Positions 25,489 to 34,344 of a DNA stretch of 36,934 bases are shown piece by piece (the stretch's first letter is position 1; the number at the start of each line of letters is the position of its first letter). The position numbers and the translations under genes are program-made. Source of the DNA: a virus (taxonomy: Duplodnaviria > Caudoviricetes); IMG/VR virus record IMGVR_UViG_3300031229_000075, positions 1 to 36,934 of that record; one strand, 5' to 3'. The notes below the pieces were generated by a model. That model was not told the origin of the DNA and searched no databases. It saw nothing but the letters and a program-made list of their open reading frames with translations.

Positions 25489-26855
25489 TCGAGCCACCCC
25501 GCAGCCAGCAGGCGGAGCACGCCGTCCTCGGACGCATCATGGCGAAGGGAGAGCGCGTCGCTGGTGAGGTCGTCGGGAGTCTCCAGCCGGAAGACTTCTA
25601 CGACGCGGCGAACCGCGCGATCTTCACGCGGATCGTCGAGAACTACTACGCCGATGACCCGCTCGATCCGATCACGGTCGGGCAGTCGATCGCGAAGCTG
25701 CTGCACGGCATCTGGGGCGTGGACGAGAACGAGGCCATCGCTCGCGTCCGGCGCATCGCGAACAGCATCCCGTCGAGCGGCAACGTACGCGACCACGCCG
25801 CCATCGTTCGCGGCGAGTCGAACAAGCGGCGGTTGCTGGACGTTGCGGCCAGCATCGAGGGCGCGCTCAAAGAGGTCGATGCGAACCCCGAGCAGATCGC
25901 GTCGCTTGCCTCCGAGCAGGCGATGCGGATCGCCACCGACACGCTGCTGACGCAAGAGATCATCGCCTTCGGTGATCTCGGGCGCCGGTACTTCAAGCAG
26001 GCGCAGGTGGAGAGGGCAGCCGTCGCCGCTGGCGTTGAACTCGGCGCACGCTTCGGCTTCAGGTTCATCGACCGCTACACGAAGGGACTGCGCCCGACCG
26101 AGCTTCTGTTCTGCGGCGGCGAGCCTGGCGCCGGAAAGTCGGCGGTCTGGTGGCGAGCCGCGATCAACTTCGCCGAGAAGCAGGGCAAGCGCCCACCGGA
26201 CCAGAAGAAGATCGGAACTCTAGTTCTGAGTTTGGAGATGGGCGAGGAGCCGAGCAACATGCGGCTCGCGCAGACGCTCACCGGGATCAGTGGCACGTTG
26301 CTTCGTGACGCAAAGATGACCGATCACGACATGCAACGCATCGCGAACGAGTGGGGACGGCGCCGGAACCTCCCGCTCTGGTTCAACTTCACGAGTACGC
26401 TGCGCGAGTCGCAGCTACGCGCCCTCGTTGTCGAGGCCGTGCGCCGTCACAACATCGGCGTCGTCGTCATTGACCACTTCAAGCACCTGCACACCGACAT
26501 GCGGTTCCGTAACCCCGTGGACGCCGAGGAGCAGAAGGCGGCGTTCCTGAAGACCGCCATCGCCGAAGACCTGAACGTGGCCGTCATTTGCCTCGCTCAC
26601 ACGACGAAGGGTGTGGGCGATAGTCCTGACCGGCGTCCGCAGTTGACACACCTGCGGGGTAGCTACCAGCTTGCGGCCATCGCCGACTTCGTGAGCTTCG
26701 TCTACCGGCCGATCATGCACGCGACTTCGGAGGAAGTGAGCAGGCAGGAGGTCAACGAGCAGGACGCCGAGATGATCTTCCGCAAGAACCGCCACGGCAT
26801 CCTCGGCGAGACACCGTTCGACTTCGACGGCGAGACGATGGCGATTCGTGGATAA
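25485..26855 (+). CDS. dnaB: Replicative DNA helicase DnaB
   Basis: PPRSQQAEHAVLG N-terminal domain; Walker A GGEPGAGKS; SLEM; VVVIDH; RPQLTHLRGS; KNRHG. Confidence 0.95.
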   Translation: MIEPPRSQQAEHAVLGRIMAKGERVAGEVVGSLQPEDFYDAANRAIFTRIVENYYADDPLDPITVGQSIAKLLHGIWGVDENEAIARVRRIANSIPSSGNVRDHAAIVRGESNKRRLLDVAASIEGALKEVDANPEQIASLASEQAMRIATDTLLTQEIIAFGDLGRRYFKQAQVERAAVAAGVELGARFGFRFIDRYTKGLRPTELLFCGGEPGAGKSAVWWRAAINFAEKQGKRPPDQKKIGTLVLSLEMGEEPSNMRLAQTLTGISGTLLRDAKMTDHDMQRIANEWGRRRNLPLWFNFTSTLRESQLRALVVEAVRRHNIGVVVIDHFKHLHTDMRFRNPVDAEEQKAAFLKTAIAEDLNVAVICLAHTTKGVGDSPDRRPQLTHLRGSYQLAAIADFVSFVYRPIMHATSEEVSRQEVNEQDAEMIFRKNRHGILGETPFDFDGETMAIRG

Positions 26856-26874
26856 GCGGGGGAGACAGGAGAGA

Positions 26875-27073
26875 GTGCCGGTGCCAGTGCAGACGCCACC
26901 CAATCCGCAGGACAACGCCTGCAACCTGGTGCGCGGAGCAGGCGGTCTACCGCTTCGAGATCAAGCGAGGCGCGAAGCGTCTCGGAACTCAGATGTACGT
27001 GTTCGCCTGCGGGCGACATAGAGAACAGGGTCGGCAAGCGACGGCATACAAGCCGCGCGAGCGCCCGATATGA
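26875..27073 (+). pseudogene. Small Zn-finger gene interrupted by a 1-nt frameshift at 26925/26926
   Basis: RBS CAGGAG plus GTG; removing one C gives MPVPVQTPPNPQDNACNWCAEQAVYRFEIKRGAKRLGTQMYVFACGRH...ERPI*. Confidence 0.55.
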
Positions 27074-27087
27074 CCAGAGGAGGTCAC

Positions 27088-27702
27088 ATGGAAGCCAGTG
27101 AACAAGATGCACTTGCCGAGACGCCCGCAGGGGACGATCCCTTCGAGGGTGTGCCAGCAGACGGCGGTGAGCCGGACCCCGATCTCGTCGCACCCGGCGA
27201 GCTAGGCGGAGAGAACCCGTCCGAAGGCGACCCGCTCGCTGAGGAGCAGGAGGAACTGCCCGATGCGGGTGATCCCCTGGCCGAGCCTGCGCCGGGTGAG
27301 CATCTCGAAGACCCCGAGGCGACCGAAGGGGAGCCGGAGGCCGAGGCGCCCGAGCCGGAGCCTGCTCCGGAACCCGAGCCGGAGGCCGAAGCGAAGCCCG
27401 ACCCCGAGCCGGAGTCGAAGCCGGAGAAGTCGAAGAACTCCGGACGGAAGTCGGGGGGCAAGAAGAAGCCCGCCGCGAAGAAGGGCGAGCGCGAGTACGT
27501 GGTCGTGCAGTGCGACAAGGACGACAGCCCGACCGGCATCGCCGGGGAGGTCACTGCCCGCGATGACAAGACCGCGCGCCGGACGGTGTTCGATGGCATG
27601 GAGGACAAGGAAGCACGCCTCGTCGCCGTGCCCGCGAGGTATTGGAAAGTCCGGACCCTGAAGGCGACGACTCGCGAGGTCCGCGAAATCGAGGAGGAGT
27701 AG
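27088..27702 (+). CDS. Hypothetical protein: acidic Pro/Glu-rich N-terminus, Lys-rich linker, small folded C-terminal domain
   Basis: RBS GAGGAGG before the ATG at 27088; typical codon usage. Confidence 0.75.
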   Translation: MEASEQDALAETPAGDDPFEGVPADGGEPDPDLVAPGELGGENPSEGDPLAEEQEELPDAGDPLAEPAPGEHLEDPEATEGEPEAEAPEPEPAPEPEPEAEAKPDPEPESKPEKSKNSGRKSGGKKKPAAKKGEREYVVVQCDKDDSPTGIAGEVTARDDKTARRTVFDGMEDKEARLVAVPARYWKVRTLKATTREVREIEEE

Positions 27703-27709
27703 GGCGGCG

Positions 27710-28123
27710 ATGGCCGTCGCGGTTACATGTGAGTGTGGTGTCTGCCAGAAGTGCAGGCATCGCGCCTACATGCGTGAGTACCGGCGCCAGCACGCCGCTC
27801 GGTTGCGATCCCGTGACCGAGCGGCTTTGCGTCGGTGGCGCGAGCGAAATCCCGATCGGGTCGAAGCGGTGCGGAAAACCCCAAACGCTCTTGCGAGGTA
27901 CCGAGAAGCAGCCGCACGGCATCGTGCAAACCACCCCGATCGCGTCAAGGCCCGGTTGGCGGTCAAGTCTGCACTGGAGTCAGGCAAGCTCCAGCGCGGA
28001 CCATGTGAGCGAGAAGGTGACGACTGCCGGGGCGACGTGCAGGCGCATCACGACGACTACGCAAAACCCCTGGACGTGCGATGGCTCTGTTTGGGGCACC
28101 ACTCCGAGGAACATCATGGCTGA
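27710..28123 (+). CDS. HNH-like endonuclease
   Basis: AVKSALESGKLQRGPCE...VQAHHDDYAKPLDVRWLCLGHH; RBS GAGGAGG. Confidence 0.8.
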   Translation: MAVAVTCECGVCQKCRHRAYMREYRRQHAARLRSRDRAALRRWRERNPDRVEAVRKTPNALARYREAAARHRANHPDRVKARLAVKSALESGKLQRGPCEREGDDCRGDVQAHHDDYAKPLDVRWLCLGHHSEEHHG

Positions 28124-28499
28124 AGGCGAGCAGAAGGATCGTCCGGCGCTCCCACGCCGGAAGCTCCGCGTCACGAACTACGAGCAGATCGGGAAGACGC
28201 AGAAGGACGCGCCCATATACAAGGTCTTCGCGGTCAAGGAAGACGGGTCGCCCGTTGAGGACGAGCTACGCGCCTTTCAGGAGCTTCCGGTGGGGGAGGT
28301 CATCGAGTACGCACTGAAGCGATACGACCATCCGCAATACGGAGTGAGCTTCACGCTCTATCCGCCGAAGGAAAAGCTCGGCACCCGAGTCACCAAGCTG
28401 GAGCAGAAGATCGAAGAACTGGAGTCGCGGCTTGCGGCCCTGGAATCCGGCTCCGGCGCTCCGGCTCCGGGTGCGCCCGACGACGACATCCCATTTTAG
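28116..28499 (+). CDS. Putative atypical single-stranded DNA-binding protein
   Basis: C-terminal DDDIPF SSB-type tail after a flexible linker; beta-rich N-terminal domain plus coiled coil; RBS GAGGA; in the replication module. Confidence 0.55.
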   Translation: MAEGEQKDRPALPRRKLRVTNYEQIGKTQKDAPIYKVFAVKEDGSPVEDELRAFQELPVGEVIEYALKRYDHPQYGVSFTLYPPKEKLGTRVTKLEQKIEELESRLAALESGSGAPAPGAPDDDIPF

Positions 28500-28507
28500 G
28501 AAGCGCC

Positions 28508-30325
28508 ATGCTGAAGCTCGCCCCACAACTGGAGTTGCCCGATGAGGCGGCGCTGCAACGCTTCGCCATCCTGGCGATGACGGGTGCCGGGAAGTCGAAT
28601 ACCGCTGCGGTCATGGCCGAGGAGATGTACGACGCTGGCATCCCGTGGGTCGCGATCGACCCGAAGGGCGATTGGTGGGGGATGCGATCGTCTCGGTCGG
28701 GCAAGGGCGACGGCCTGAAGGTGCCGGTCCTCGGCGGGTTGCAGGGCGATGTACCACTGGAGCCGACCGCAGGCAAGCTCATGGGTGAGACGGTCGCCGC
28801 CGAGAGGCTGACGTGCATCCTTGACGTGTCCGAGTTCGACTCGAAGGCCGAGCAGCTTCGTTTCCTAACTGACTTCGCTCAGACCCTCCTGAAGAAGAAC
28901 CGCGACCCGCTGATGGTGTTCGCCGAGGAGGCTGACGAGTACCTGCCGCAGCGAGTCATGAAGACCGAGGCGCAGTGTGTCGGCGCTTGGTCACGGCTCA
29001 TCAAGCGAGGCCGGTTCCGTGGCGTCTTCTGCACGCTCATCACGCAGCGGTCGGCGGCGCTGAACAAGGACGCCCTCAACCAGATCGACACGCTGATCCC
29101 GATGCGGACCACGGCCCCTCGTGATCGCAAAGCGGTTGAGGAGTGGGTCGTCCACCACGACATCGGACGGGAGTTGCTCGATTCGCTCACTGAACTGGAG
29201 GATGGCGAGGCGTGGGTCTGGTCGCCGCAGAAATTGAAGTTGATGGAGCGCATCAAGCTCCGCCGCCGCCGGACGTTCGATAGCGGCGAGACGCCGACGC
29301 TCGGCACCGAGCGTGTCTCGGCGAAACTCGCCAACGTCGATCTCTCCGCTCTCACCGAACGGATGGCCGAGACGATTGAGGAGCAGAAGCGCAACGACCC
29401 GACCGAGCTACGGAAGCAGATCGCGCAGATGAAGCGCGAGCGCGATGGACGCGATCGAGGGGCGGAGGCGGTCCTGGCGAAGTACGGCGAGGAGGGCGAG
29501 GGGCTGGTACAGATCATCGAGCGACTGGCGTCGCAACCTAGCGAGCCGAAGATCGTGGAGGTCGCCGTCTTCCCCGAGCCGCTGAAGAAGGCGATCAGAG
29601 AGATGCTGCAAGGACTGGCGATGGGTGCGCTCGACAACGCGACCGAGTTCTCTAAGTCGGTGCAGCACCATCTCGACAACCTCGACGCCAACTTCGAGCT
29701 TGCGATCGAGATTCAGGAGGAGCCGCCCCTGCCCAGAGAAGCGCCCAAATCGGCAGATACAAGAGAACTTGGACGCCGCGCCGAGCCGCGTACAAGCAAA
29801 CTTGGATCGGAGCCGCCGCGTCCAAGTGAACCCCCGCCTGACTTGGATGGGCTGAAGAAGGGCGAGGCGAAGATGCTGATGACGCTGGCGCAGCATCACC
29901 CGCTGAAGCTGACGCGCGTGCAGCTAGGCACCCTGGCTGGCTTCACCGCCCGAGGCGGCACGTTCCGCAACTACTTCGGCACGCTGAAGCGCGGCGGGCT
30001 GCTGCTGGAGGAGGGCAAGGACGTGACGATCACCGAAGCGGGCTTCAACTTCCTCGGATCGGACGTGCCACCCCCACCGGAGACACCAGAAGAACGAACG
30101 GCAGTTTGGCGTTCCGTCCTGAAGGCGGGCGAGCGCCAGATGCTCGACGTACTGATCGAACTTCAGGGCGGGTGGATCAGCCGAGAAGACCTGGGCGAGC
30201 GGACAGGCTTCACCGCATCGGGCGGCACCTTCCGCAACTACCTGGGGACGCTGACCCGGAACGGGCTGGCGGAAAAGAACGGCAGCGACGTAAGGGCAGC
30301 CGATGTGCTGTTCATCGGAGACTGA
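28508..30325 (+). CDS. HerA/DUF87-like P-loop ATPase with a coiled coil and tandem C-terminal winged-helix repeats
   Basis: Walker A AMTGAGKS; IDPKGDW; Walker B MVFAEEADEY; GRFRG; ITQRSA; duplicated GFTAxGGTFRNYxGTLxRxGL. Confidence 0.8.
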   Translation: MLKLAPQLELPDEAALQRFAILAMTGAGKSNTAAVMAEEMYDAGIPWVAIDPKGDWWGMRSSRSGKGDGLKVPVLGGLQGDVPLEPTAGKLMGETVAAERLTCILDVSEFDSKAEQLRFLTDFAQTLLKKNRDPLMVFAEEADEYLPQRVMKTEAQCVGAWSRLIKRGRFRGVFCTLITQRSAALNKDALNQIDTLIPMRTTAPRDRKAVEEWVVHHDIGRELLDSLTELEDGEAWVWSPQKLKLMERIKLRRRRTFDSGETPTLGTERVSAKLANVDLSALTERMAETIEEQKRNDPTELRKQIAQMKRERDGRDRGAEAVLAKYGEEGEGLVQIIERLASQPSEPKIVEVAVFPEPLKKAIREMLQGLAMGALDNATEFSKSVQHHLDNLDANFELAIEIQEEPPLPREAPKSADTRELGRRAEPRTSKLGSEPPRPSEPPPDLDGLKKGEAKMLMTLAQHHPLKLTRVQLGTLAGFTARGGTFRNYFGTLKRGGLLLEEGKDVTITEAGFNFLGSDVPPPPETPEERTAVWRSVLKAGERQMLDVLIELQGGWISREDLGERTGFTASGGTFRNYLGTLTRNGLAEKNGSDVRAADVLFIGD

Positions 30326-30327
30326 AG

Positions 30328-30639
30328 ATGGATAAGGGAAAGGCACGTGAGTTGCTGGTTGGCGCCCGCAACGCGCTCGACCATGCAGCGAAGAAGATCG
30401 TCGATGACTACGACTCCCACGAGGAGGCCCGTGCTCTGGCCGCTGAGGATGCGCGTGGGAAGATCGTCAAAGAGTTCGTCGAGGTCGTCTGGACTTCCTA
30501 CGAGCGCTGCCTCGCTGCGTTCGAGCAGTGGGAGATCACCGAGTCCCGCCCGCTGAACGAGGACGAGTTGTTCATGTATGCGCTTCGCGATTTCCTCCGC
30601 GACATCGAGGGCTTCGGGAGGAGCGTCAGTGGCTCGTAA
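30328..30639 (+). CDS. Hypothetical helical protein (103 aa, MDKGKARELL...)
   Basis: ATG 3 nt after the upstream stop with GGAG RBS; 3' part of ORF 30106..30639. Confidence 0.65.
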   Translation: MDKGKARELLVGARNALDHAAKKIVDDYDSHEEARALAAEDARGKIVKEFVEVVWTSYERCLAAFEQWEITESRPLNEDELFMYALRDFLRDIEGFGRSVSGS

Positions 30640-31279
30640 GGTCCGGATTGCAGTTGACGGCTCCGTGCTCGTCAACCCGGACGGGCCGGGCGGATGGGCG
30701 GTCGTGTTCGATGACGGGCGGACCCTGGCGGGCAGCGATCCGAGCACGACGAACAACCGCATGGAGATGCGCGCCGTGATCGAGGGGCTGCGCGCGATCG
30801 AGGGACCGAGCGAGATCATCGTCGAGTGCGACTCGCGGTACGTCTGCCGAGGCGTGAGCACCTGGGTTGAGGGCTGGCGCAAGCGGGGCTGGCGCAACGC
30901 GCAGGGCAAGCGGGTCAAGAACCGCGAGGTCTGGGAGGAGTTGATGGCCGAGGTCGAGCGCCACGTCTCCGTGGAAATGGTCTGGATCAGGGGGCATGAC
31001 GGCCACCCGGCGAACGAGGAGGCGGATCGCCTCGCTGGTGAGGCCGCGCGCTCCGCTGCGCCTGACACGCTGGCAATCGGAGCCATCCCCGCATTCATCC
31101 CCGAGGCCATCGCTCGCGAGTTCCACGAGGCGTACGAACGTCTGGCGCCGGACCACGGATACGAGACGCGAGTGGAGTCGGCTGTCCCGTGGGAGGACGT
31201 GCCCGAGGACGACCGTGGGCTGATGTGCGCGGTCGTCGAGGAGCTACTCGAACGAGGGGTGATCGTCCGTGGCAGCTAA
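30629..31279 (+). CDS. rnhA: Ribonuclease HI with a C-terminal extra domain
   Basis: AVDGS...GPGGWA...TTNNRMEMRAVIEGL...CDSRYV...VKNREVW...WIRGHDGHPANEEADRLA; catalytic D/E/D/D all present. Confidence 0.93.
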   Translation: MARKVRIAVDGSVLVNPDGPGGWAVVFDDGRTLAGSDPSTTNNRMEMRAVIEGLRAIEGPSEIIVECDSRYVCRGVSTWVEGWRKRGWRNAQGKRVKNREVWEELMAEVERHVSVEMVWIRGHDGHPANEEADRLAGEAARSAAPDTLAIGAIPAFIPEAIAREFHEAYERLAPDHGYETRVESAVPWEDVPEDDRGLMCAVVEELLERGVIVRGS

Positions 31280-32069
31280 GCCCAAACCAAAGTTGACCAC
31301 TGACGAGTTGCTGGAGAAGCTCCAGAAGCACGTCTGCAAGGACGGGCAGAACGGTCATGGCTTCGCGTTTCTGACGAACGTCCGCAACGGCACTGGCTTC
31401 CAGCGCCGCGAGCGGTACGCGGATGCGATCGCGATGGAGTTGACACCGAGCCGCGGGCTGAAGATCAACGGCTTCGAGTTGAAGGTGTCGCGTAACGACT
31501 GGCTGAAGGAACTGAAGAACCCGACGAAGGCGGACTGGTTCTTCACTCACTGCGACCGCTGGTTCCTCGTCGTCGCCGACAAAGACATCGTGCAGGAGGG
31601 CGAGCTTCCCGAGGAGTGGGGGCTGATCGCACCGAAGGGCACCGGCCTGGGCATCATCAAGGCGGCGCCGATCAACAACGCCGCGGAGGCGGTCGATCGG
31701 CTCTGGCTGGCAAGTCTCCTGCGCTCGGCGATCTATGCGTCGGCGAAGCCAAAGGAACTGCGCAAGAAGTATGAGGAGGGCTACGAGGCGGGAAAGGCTG
31801 AAGGCGAGCGGCGGGTCCAGAGCGACAAGACCGAACTGGAGATGGCGCAGTCGGCGATCAAGAACTTCGAGCGGGAGTCGGGAGTCAGCATCACCGCCTG
31901 GTACAAGGGCGGCAAGCCCGAGGAGGTCGGCGCCGCCCTGAAGGTCGTGTTGAAGGGAGAGCGGGACGCGAGTCGCATCCTCGGCAGGCTCGCCCGGATC
32001 GGCGGAGACATCGAGGCGCTGCTCGACGAGTACGGGATCGACAAGGAGAGTCCGCCAGATGTCTTCTGA
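31269..32069 (+). CDS. MmcB-like PD-(D/E)XK nuclease
   Basis: RYADAIAM...PSRG..INGFELKVSRNDWLKEL..PTKA...CDRWFLV...ELPEEWGLI. Confidence 0.75.
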   Translation: MAAKPKPKLTTDELLEKLQKHVCKDGQNGHGFAFLTNVRNGTGFQRRERYADAIAMELTPSRGLKINGFELKVSRNDWLKELKNPTKADWFFTHCDRWFLVVADKDIVQEGELPEEWGLIAPKGTGLGIIKAAPINNAAEAVDRLWLASLLRSAIYASAKPKELRKKYEEGYEAGKAEGERRVQSDKTELEMAQSAIKNFERESGVSITAWYKGGKPEEVGAALKVVLKGERDASRILGRLARIGGDIEALLDEYGIDKESPPDVF

Positions 32070-32856
32070 GAGGCCGCTCGTCGTTGTGCCCACGTACGTT
32101 CGCGAGCCGGATGACGTAGACACGACCGTTGCTGCGGTGAAGTCCGTTCGCGACACCGATCACGGAAACGTGGACATCCTGCTCGTTGATGACGGCTCGC
32201 CTGAGGCCGATCTCGTGGACAGGTTGGCCGAGAACGTCAGCGAGTTTCGTGCGGAGATATTCCGCAAGGACGAGAACACGGGGTTCTCCCGAACCGTCAA
32301 CGTGGGGTTGCGTCGAGCGTTGCAGGAGGGCCGTGACGCGATCCTCATGAACGCAGACGTGGAGATTATGACGCCGGGCTGGCTCGGGCGGTTTCAGAAC
32401 ACCGAGGACGGCAAGGGGCGCCCTGCCGCAGTTGTCGGGGCGTTGCTCCTATACCCGAACGGGCTGATACAGCATGGTGGCGTGTACTTCTCGCTGCTCA
32501 CACGGTCGTTCGATCACATGTGGAAGTACTCGCCGATGGACTTGCCCGATGCGCATGTTCGCCGTAACTGCCCGGTGACCGCTGCGTTCCAGTTTATCCG
32601 CCACGAAACCCTAACTGTCATTGGGCCTTACGACGAGGAGTTCTACATGGCCTGGGAGGACGTGGACTTCTGCCTCCGCGTGTTCCAGTCCGGATTGCAG
32701 TGCGTCTACAACCCGGACGTGCGAGCGTGGCACCACGAGATGCTGTTCCGGGGACGGCCGTCGCCGAAGATTCAGGAGTGGCAAGCGAAGTCGTGGATGC
32801 GGCTCGCGGAGAAGTGGAAGCACACGAGCTTCAACGACTTGGTGCCCTTCACGTGA
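32059..32856 (+). CDS. Glycosyltransferase family 2 (GT-A)
   Basis: VVVPTY, LLVDDGS, NTGFSRTVNVG, LMNADVE, IQHGG, YDEEFYMAWEDVDFCLR. Confidence 0.93.
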   Translation: MSSERPLVVVPTYVREPDDVDTTVAAVKSVRDTDHGNVDILLVDDGSPEADLVDRLAENVSEFRAEIFRKDENTGFSRTVNVGLRRALQEGRDAILMNADVEIMTPGWLGRFQNTEDGKGRPAAVVGALLLYPNGLIQHGGVYFSLLTRSFDHMWKYSPMDLPDAHVRRNCPVTAAFQFIRHETLTVIGPYDEEFYMAWEDVDFCLRVFQSGLQCVYNPDVRAWHHEMLFRGRPSPKIQEWQAKSWMRLAEKWKHTSFNDLVPFT

Positions 32857-33326
32857 GCCTCTGGACGACATTCGCGATTGGCGAGCTAGAGCCGCTGACC
32901 GAGAAGCGGCTGACGCAGCCAGAGATCGAGCAACGCATTCGCACCTGGCAGGGGCGGCTCGGCCTCCAGATGTACCGCATCTTCATCGACTGGTCGAGCC
33001 ACCCCGACGAGGACATCATCGCCGAGGTCAATGCGCAGGACTCCCCCTACGACCGTTGCGGGATTCGCTTCTGCAAAGACGTGACCGAGTGGCCCGGCAT
33101 CGCCTGGGGCGAATCGGCACAGCATACGGCTGACGAGATCATCGTCCACGAGCTTCTTCACGTGCACATGTCGATCGTCGATCGGACGGTCGTCGGGATT
33201 CCCGACGAGTTCCTGCACCGTGACGCTGCCCACTTGATACAAGAGAACTACGCGGATGCCAGGGAACGATTCATCGACAGACTGGCGGTGGCCTTCGTCG
33301 CTGCCTTCGAGGAGGAACCAAGGTGA
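32853..33326 (+). CDS. Small HExxH metallopeptidase-like protein (157 aa)
   Basis: WQGRLGL...DEIIVHELLHVH...ERFIDRLA; GTGA overlaps at both ends. Confidence 0.65.
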   Translation: MSLWTTFAIGELEPLTEKRLTQPEIEQRIRTWQGRLGLQMYRIFIDWSSHPDEDIIAEVNAQDSPYDRCGIRFCKDVTEWPGIAWGESAQHTADEIIVHELLHVHMSIVDRTVVGIPDEFLHRDAAHLIQENYADARERFIDRLAVAFVAAFEEEPR

Positions 33327-34072
33327 CGGAACTGCAAAGCTGGTGGGAGTACGACCAACTGGAGTCAGGAGAACCCTACGATTGGTCCCCTGCGTCACGT
33401 GGCGAGAAGCCGTGGGACCAGGAGGACTTTCATCTTGACCTCGGCTGCGGTCGGGTGAAGAAGGCGCGCATCGGCGTCGATCACAAGTACTCGCCCGGCG
33501 TCGATCTGCTGATCGATTTCGAGGAGTGCGGACCGCCCGCAGACATGCCGACCGAGGGCGCGGGGTATGCGATCGCCGAGCAGACGTACCAGACGTACGA
33601 GGCCGAGGCGAGGAGGCGTGACGAGCGTGATGGCTTGGAGCCAGGCACTCATCTTCCGTTCGGCTTCCTCCCGTTCCCCGACGACAGCATCGAGTCGGTG
33701 ATCTCCCACCACGCGCTCGAACATGTCGGCGACGGGTTCATGCAGGTCATGGACGAAGTGCATCGCATCCTGAAGCCGGGCGGTCTGTTTCGGATCATCG
33801 TCCCCGCCTTCCCGAGTGCGGCGGCGGTTGCCGACCCGACGCACAAGCGGTACTTCCTGGCCGGATCGTGGGTCACGTGGACCGGCCACCCTGAGGGGCC
33901 GAAGTACACGGACGGCTTCGCCGAGCCGTACACGTCCGCGACCTTCATCCTCGAAGATCAGGACATGTCCCCGTACCCGATGATCGATGGCACGCCGTTC
34001 GTAGACATCCCGAAGCTCTGGGGTCCGGAGGGCAGCCGGGAGTTCCGCATCGCCTACAGGAAGCACGAGTGA
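33323..34072 (+). CDS. Class I SAM-dependent methyltransferase
   Basis: HLDLGCG, IGVD, LPFPDDSIESVISHHALEH, EVHRILKPGG, DPTHKRYF. Confidence 0.9.
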   Translation: MTELQSWWEYDQLESGEPYDWSPASRGEKPWDQEDFHLDLGCGRVKKARIGVDHKYSPGVDLLIDFEECGPPADMPTEGAGYAIAEQTYQTYEAEARRRDERDGLEPGTHLPFGFLPFPDDSIESVISHHALEHVGDGFMQVMDEVHRILKPGGLFRIIVPAFPSAAAVADPTHKRYFLAGSWVTWTGHPEGPKYTDGFAEPYTSATFILEDQDMSPYPMIDGTPFVDIPKLWGPEGSREFRIAYRKHE

Positions 34073-34344
34073 TGAACCCGGTAGAGCGCAGCGATCACGA
34101 TGTCGTCTACAAGGGCGAGCATGAGGGGCCGGATGGTGTCCTCTACAACGAGGGCGTCGGCGACTTGTCGTGTCGCCGTGTGCAGACCGAGAGCGGGACG
34201 GCGATCGTCGCTCACTTCCGGCCTTCGCTGGAGGAGCTTCAGATACTCACGAGGGGCGGGCACGTCGAGTTGGCGATCTTCACCGAGCCGATCCCGCCGA
34301 TTAGTATCGTCGCGGTCCCGCAACCAGAGGAGTCGGATGCCTGA
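34069..34344 (+). CDS. Hypothetical phage protein
   Basis: GTGA overlap; VGDLSC...AHFRPSLEELQILTRGGHVELAI...PIPPISI. Confidence 0.65.
   Translation: MMNPVERSDHDVVYKGEHEGPDGVLYNEGVGDLSCRRVQTESGTAIVAHFRPSLEELQILTRGGHVELAIFTEPIPPISIVAVPQPEESDA

Noticed and set aside
27325-27430. Recurring GAGCCGGA units resembling a tandem repeat or mini-array
   Set aside because: They are codons of a Pro-Glu low-complexity protein segment, with no constant repeat-spacer period
33323-34072. DNA methyltransferase (anti-restriction)
   Set aside because: Lacks DPPY/NPPY/SPPY or PC catalytic motifs; the pattern fits small-molecule or sugar methyltransferases
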